DNA from: Auanema rhodensis | Lineage: Eukaryota > Animalia > Nematoda | Assembly: GCA_964057225.1 (NCBI GenBank) | Contig: OZ059898.1 | Coordinates: 21,574,501 to 21,638,500, forward strand | DNA length: 64,000 nucleotides | Direction: 5' to 3' | In this document: positions 57,335 through 64,000 of the stretch, in pieces | Layout of the letters: every line of letters starts with the position of its first letter | Numbering within the stretch: position 1 is the first letter of the stretch | Program-made: the position numbers and the translations under genes | Notes under the pieces: model-generated | Told to the model about the DNA's origin: nothing | Database searches by the model: none | The model's input: the letters and a program-made list of their open reading frames with translations, nothing else

Positions 57335-59620
57335 ATTTGTTTTTAGACTAATATGGACATGGGGAATCTAATTTTGAAAACCGCATCTCTTTATCTTTCA
57401 CGTGAAGCGAGTTACATACCAAGTGCACATCACGTGTACATTTAATTAGCATAAATTAAAGTTCACGTAAATTTCAAAGTCATGGTTACCATGAACCAAT
57501 ATCGATAAAATTTGTTTTTGGACTAATATGGACATGGGGAATCCAATTTTGAAAACCGCATCTCTTTATCTTTCACGTGAAGCGAGTTACATACCAAGTG
57601 CACATCACGTGTACATTTAATTAGCATAAATTAAAGTTCACGTAAATTTCAAAGTCATGGTTACCATGAACCAATATCGATAAAAATTTGTTTTTAGACT
57701 AATATGGACATGGGGAATCTAATTTTGAAAACCGCATCTCTTTATCTTTCACGTGAAGCGAGTTACATACCAAGTGCACATCACGTGTACATTTAATTAG
57801 CATAAATTAAAGTTCACGTAAATTTCAAAGTCATGGTTACCATGCACCAATATGAATAAAAATTTGTTTTTAGACTAATATGGACATGGGGAATCTAATT
57901 TTGAAAACCGCATCTCTTTATCTTTCACGTGAAGCGAGTTACATACCAAGTGCACATCACGTGTACATTTAATTAGCATAAATTAAAGTTCACGTAAATT
58001 TCAAAGTCATGGTTACCATGCACCAATATCAATAAAAATTTGTTTTTAGACTAATATGGACATGGGGAATCTAATTTTGAAAACCGCATCTCTTTATCTT
58101 TCACGTGAAGCGAGTTACATACCAAGTGCACATCACGTGTACATTTAATTAGCATAAATCAAAGTTCACGTAAATTTCAAAGTCATGGTTACCATGAACC
58201 AATATCAATAAAAATTTGTTTTTAGACTAATATGGACATGGGGAATCTAATTTTGAAAACCGCATCTCTTTATCTTTCACGTGAAGCGAGTTACATACCA
58301 AGTGCACATCACGTGTACATTTAATTAGCATAAATTAAAGTTCACGTAAATTTCAAAGTCATGGTTACCATGAACCAATATCAATAAAAATTTGTTTTTA
58401 GACTAATATGGACTTGGGGAATCTAATTTTGAAAACCGCATCTCTTTATCTTTCACGTGAAGCGAGTTACATACCAAGTGCACATCACGTGTACATTTAA
58501 TTAGCATAAATTAAAGTACACGTAAATTTCAAAGTCATGGTTACCATGCACCAATATCAATAAAAATTTGTTTTTAGACTAATATGGACATGGGGAATCT
58601 AATTTTGAAAACCGCATCTCTTTATCTTTCACGTGAAGCGAGTTACATACCAAGTGCACATCACGTGTACATTTAATTAGCATGAATTAAAGTTCACGTA
58701 AATTTCAAAGTCATGGTTACCATGCACCAATATCAATAAAAATTTGTTTTTAGACTAATATGGACATGGGGAATCTAATTTTGAAAACCGCATCTCTTCA
58801 TCTTTCACGTGAAGCGAGTTACATACCAAGTGCACATCACGTGTACATTTAATTAGCATAAATTAAAGTTCACGTAAATTTCAAAGTCATGGTTACCATG
58901 CACCAATATCAATAAAAATTTGTTTTTAGGCTAATATGGACATGGGGAATCTAATTTTAAAAACCGCATCTCTTTATCTTTCACGTGAAGCGAGTTACAT
59001 ACCAAGTGCACATCACGTGTACATTTAATTAGCATAAATTAAAGTTCACGTAAATTTCAAAGTCATGGTTACCATGCACCAATATCAATAAAAATTTGTT
59101 TTTAGACTAATATGGACATGGGGAATCTAATTTTGAAAACCGCATCTCTTTATCTTTCACGTGAAGCGAGTTACATACCAAGTGCACATCACGTGTACAT
59201 TTAATTAGCATAAATTAAAGTTCACGTAAATTTCAAAGTCATGGTTACCATGAACCAATATCGATAAAATTTGTTTTTGGACTAATATGGACATGGGGAA
59301 TCCAATTTTGAAAACCGCATCTCTTTATCTTTCACGTGAAGCGAGTTACATACCAAGTGCACATCACGTGTACATTTAATTAGCATAAATTAAAGTTCAC
59401 GTAAATTTCAAAGTCATGGTTACCATGAACCAATATCGATAAAAATTTGTTTTTAGACTAATATGGACATGGGGAATCTAATTTTGAAAACCGCATCTCT
59501 TTATCTTTCACGTGAAGCGAGTTACATACCAAGTGCACATCACGTGTACATTTAATTAGCATAAATTAAAGTTCACGTAAATTTCAAAGTCATGGTTACC
59601 ATGCACCAATATGAATAAAA
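57335..59620. repeat. Short block duplicated at 1759 bp (10 monomers minus 1 bp), marked by a 1-bp deletion plus TTTTTGGACT/AATCCAATT
   Basis: G11 at 57520/59279 and ATATGAAT at 57854/59613. Confidence 0.8.
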
Positions 59621-62600
59621 ATTTGTTTTTAGACTAATATGGACATGGGGAATCTAATTTTGAAAACCGCATCTCTTTATCTTTCACGTGAAGCGAGTTA
59701 CATACCAAGTGCACATCACGTGTACATTTAATTAGCATGAATTAAAGTTCACGTAAATTTCAAAGTCATGGTTACCATGCACCAATATCAATAAAAATTT
59801 GTTTTTAGACTAATATGGACATGGGGAATCTAATTTTGAAAACCGCATCTCTTTATCTTTCACGTGAAGCGAGTTACATACCAAGTGCACATCACGTGTA
59901 CATTTAATTAGCATAAATTAAAGTTCACGTAAATTTCAAAGTCATGGTTACCATGCACCAATATCAATAAAAATTTGTTTTTAGACTAATATGGACATGG
60001 GGAATCTAATTTTGAAAACCGCATCTCTTTATCTTTCACGTGAAGCGAGTTACATACCAAGTGCACATCACGTGTACATTTAATTAGCATAAATTAAAGT
60101 TCACGTAAATTTCAAAGTCATGGTTACCATGCACCAATATCAATAAAAATTTGTTTTTAGACTAATATGGACATGGGGAATCTAATTTTGAAAACCGCAT
60201 CTCTTTATCTTTCACGTGAAGCGAGTAACATACCAAGTGCACATCACGTGTACATTTAATTAGCATAAATTAAAGTTCACGTAAATTTCAAAGTCATGGT
60301 TACCATGCACCAATATCAATAAAAATTTGTTTTTAGACTAATATGGACATGGGGAATCTAATTTTGAAAACCGCATCTCTTTATCTTTCACGTGAAGCGA
60401 GTTACACACCAAGTGCACATCACGTGTACATTTAATTAGCATAAATTAAAGTTCACGTAAATTTCAAAGTCATGGTTACCATGCACCAATATCAATAAAA
60501 ATTTGTTTTTAGACTAATATGGACATGGGGAATCTAATTTTGAAAACCGCATCTCTTTATCTTTCACGTGAAGCGAGTTACATACCAAGTGCACATCACG
60601 TGTACATTTAATTAGCATAAATTAAAGTTCACGTAAATTTCAAAGTCATGGTTACCATGCACCAATATCAATAAAAATTTGTTTTTAGACTAATATGGAC
60701 ATGGGGAATCTAATTTTGAAAACCGCATCTCTTTATCTTTCACGTGAAGCGAGTAACATACCAAGTGCACATCACGTGTACATTTAATTAGCATAAATTA
60801 AAGTTCACGTAAATTTCAAAGTCATGGTTACCATGCACCAATATCAATAAAAATTTGTTTTTAGACTAATATGGACATGGGGAATCTAATTTTGAAAACC
60901 GCATCTCTTTATCTTTCACGTGAAGCGAGTTACATACCAAGTGCACATCACGTGTACATTTAATTAGCATAAATTAAAGTTCACGTAAATTTCAAAGTCA
61001 TGGTTACCATGAACCAATATCAATAAAAATTTGTTTTTAGACTAATATGGACATGCGGAATCTAATTTTGAAAACCGCATCTCTTTATCTTTCACGTGAA
61101 GCGAGTTACATACCAAGTGCACATCACGTGTACATTCAATTAGCATAAATTAAAGTTCACGTAAATTTCAAAGTCATGGTTACCATGCACCAATATCAAT
61201 AAAAATTTGTTTTTAGACTAATATGGACATGGGGAATCTAATTTTGAAAACCGCATCTCTTTATCTTTCACGTGAAGCGATTTACATACCAAGTGCACAT
61301 CACGTGTACATTTAATTAGCATAAATTAAAGTTCACGTAAATTTCAAAGTCATGGTTACCATGCACCAATATCAATAAAAATTTGATTTTAGACTAATAT
61401 GGACATGGGGAATCTAATTTTGAAAACCGCATCTCTTTATCTTTCACGTGAAGCGATTTACATACCAAGTGCGCTTCACGTGTACATTTAATTAGCATAA
61501 ATCAAAGTTCACGTAAATTTCAAAGTCATGGTTACCATGCACCAATATCAATAAAAATTTGTTTTTAGACTAATATGGACATGGGGAATCTAATTTTGAA
61601 AACCGCATCTCTTTATCTTTCACGTGAAGCGAGTTACATACCAAGTGCACATCACGTGTACATTTAATTAGCATAAATTAAAGTTCACGTAAATTTCAAA
61701 GTCATGGTTACCATGAACCAATATCGATAAAAATTTGTTTTTAGACTAATATGGACATGGGGAATCTACTTTTGAAAACCGCATCTCTTTATCTTTCACG
61801 TGAAGCGAGTTACATACCAAGTGCACATCACGTGTACATTTAATTAGCATAAATTAAAGTTCACGTAAATTTCAAAGTCATGGTTACCATGAACCAATAT
61901 CGATAAAAATTTGTTTTTAGACTAATATGGACATGGGGAATCTAATTTTGAAAACCGCATCTCTTTATCTTTCACGTGAAGCGAGTTACATACCAAGTGC
62001 ACATCACGTGTACATTTAATTAGCATAAATTAAAGTTCACGTAAATTTCAAAGTCATGGTTACCATGCACCAATATGAATAAAAATTTGTTTTTAGACTA
62101 ATATGGACATGGGGAATCTAATTTTGAAAACCGCATCTCTTTATCTTTCACGTGAAGCGAGTTACATACCAAGTGCACATCACGTGTACATTTAATTAGC
62201 ATAAATTAAAGTTCACGTAAATTTCAAAGTCATGGTTACCATGCACCAATATCAATAAAAATTTGTTTTTAGACTAACATGGACATGGGGAATCTAATTT
62301 TGAAAACCGCATCTCTTTATCTTTCACGTGAAGCGAGTTACATACCAAGTGCACATCACGTGTACATTTAATTAGCATAAATTAAAGTTCACGTAAATTT
62401 CAAAGTCATGGTTACCATGAACCAATATCAATAAAAATTTGTTTTTAGACTAATATGGACATGGGGAATCTAATTTTGAAAACCGCATCTCTTTATCTTT
62501 CACGTGAAGCGAGTTACATACCAAGTGCACATCACGTGTACATTTAATTAGCATAAATTAAAGTTCACGTAAATTTCAAAGTCATGGTTACCATGAACCA

Positions 62601-64000
62601 ATATCAATAAAAATTTGTTTTTAGACTAATATGGACATGGGGAATCTACTTTTGAAAACCGCATCTCTTTATCTTTCACGTGAAGCGAGTTACATACCAA
62701 GTGCACATCACGTGTACATTTAATTAGCATAAATTAAAGTTCACGTAAATTTCAAAGTCATGGTTACCATGCACCAATATCAATAAAAATTTGTTTTTAG
62801 ACTAATATGGACATGGGGAATCTAATTTTGAAAACCGCATCTCTTTATCTTTCACGTGAAGCGAGTTACATACCAAGTGCACATCACGTGTACATTTAAT
62901 TAGCATAAATTAAAGTTCACGTAAATTTCAAAGTCATGGTTACCATGGACCAATATCAATAAAAATTTGTTTTTAGACTAATATGGACATGGGGAATCTA
63001 ATTTTGAAAACCGCATCTCTTTATTATTCACGTGAAGCGAGTTACATACCAAGTGCACATCACGTGTACATTTAATTAGCATAAATTAAAGTTCACGTAA
63101 ATTTCAAAGTCATGGTTACCATGAACCAATATCAATAAAAATTTGTTTTTAGACTAATATGGACATGGGGAATCTAATTTTGAAAACCGCATCTCTTTAT
63201 CTTTCACGTGAAGCGAGTTACATACCAAGTGCACATCACGTGTACATTTAATTAGCATAAATTAAAGTTCACGTAAATTTCAAAGTCATGGTTACCATGA
63301 ACCAATATCAATAAAAATTTGTTTTTAGACTAATATGGACATGGGGAATCTAATTTTGAAAACCGCATCTCTTTATCTTTCACGTGAAGCGAGTTACATA
63401 CCAAGTGCACATCACGTGTACATTTAATTAGCATAAATTAAAGTTCACGTAAATTTCAAAGTCATGGTTACCATGAACCAATATCAATAAAAATTTGTTT
63501 TTAGACTAATATGGACATGCGGAATCTAATTTTGAAAACCGCATCTCTTTATCTTTCACGTGAAGCGAGTTACATACCAAGTGCACATCACGTGTACATT
63601 TAATTAGCATAAATTAAAGTTCACGTAAATTTCAAAGTCATGGTTACCATGCACCAATATCAATAAAAATTTGATTTTAGACTAATATGGACATGGGGAA
63701 TCTAATTTTGAAAACCGCATCTCTTTATCTTTCACGTGAAGCGATTTACATACCAAGTGCGCTTCACGTGTACATTTAATTAGCATAAATCAAAGTTCAC
63801 GTAAATTTCAAAGTCATGGTTACCATGCACCAATATTAATAAAAATTTGTTTTTAGACTAATATGGACATGGGGAATCTAATTTTGAAAACCGCATCTCT
63901 TTATCTTTCACGTGAAGCGAGTTACATACCAAATGCACATCACGTGTACATTTAATTAGCATAAATTAAAGTTCACGTAAATTTCAAAGTCATGGTTACC

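Larger units (their letters stand above)
1..64000. repeat. 176-bp satellite DNA tandem array (~364 monomers), probably centromeric/pericentromeric; extends beyond both window edges
   Basis: ATTTGTTTTTAGACTAAT recurs at 1, 177, 881 (5x176) and onward. Phase stays exact once indels are counted: 32521 = 1+185x176-40 and 61381 = 1+349x176-44. Monomer is 57/176 GC. No non-repeat sequence or strand switch was seen. The satellite call is direct; the centromeric role is inferred. Confidence 0.99.

Noticed and set aside
1-64000. CRISPR array or prokaryotic repeat system
   Set aside because: The palindromic segments are not separated by unique spacers. The entire 176-bp unit repeats, and there is no leader or cas gene.

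Overview
The whole 64 kb window is one uninterrupted, head-to-tail, single-orientation tandem satellite array. It holds about 364 copies (363 full plus a 156-bp partial) of an AT-rich 176-bp monomer (~32% GC). Consensus: ATTTGTTTTTAGACTAATATGGACATGGGGAATCTAATTTTGAAAACCGCATCTCTTTATCTTTCACGTGAAGCGAGTTACATACCAAGTGCACATCACGTGTACATTTAATTAGCATAAATTAAAGTTCACGTAAATTTCAAAGTCATGGTTACCATG[C/A]ACCAATATCAATAAAA. Most monomers differ from consensus at 0-3 positions. Only three distinct indel events occur, totalling -44 bp: a 4-bp deletion in 10 copies, a 2-bp deletion once, and a 1-bp deletion twice. I see no genes, RNA genes, transposon insertions, inversions or CRISPR spacers, and the two 60-aa ORFs are by-products of single stop-removing variants. 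Monomer length, homogeneity and dyad content fit a eukaryotic centromeric or pericentromeric satellite (inference). I do not recognise the family or species. The informative structure lies in the variants: (i) sequential variant-defined domains with nascent higher-order repeats (2-, 3-, 5- and 7-mers) and block duplications offset by 10-44 monomers; (ii) a younger domain apparently expanded inside an older layer; (iii) a monomer packed with palindromes and three TCACGT (E-box/CDEI-like) motifs at 32-33 bp spacing; (iv) two clustered mutations that perfect inverted repeats, the expected footprint of template switching at hairpins.
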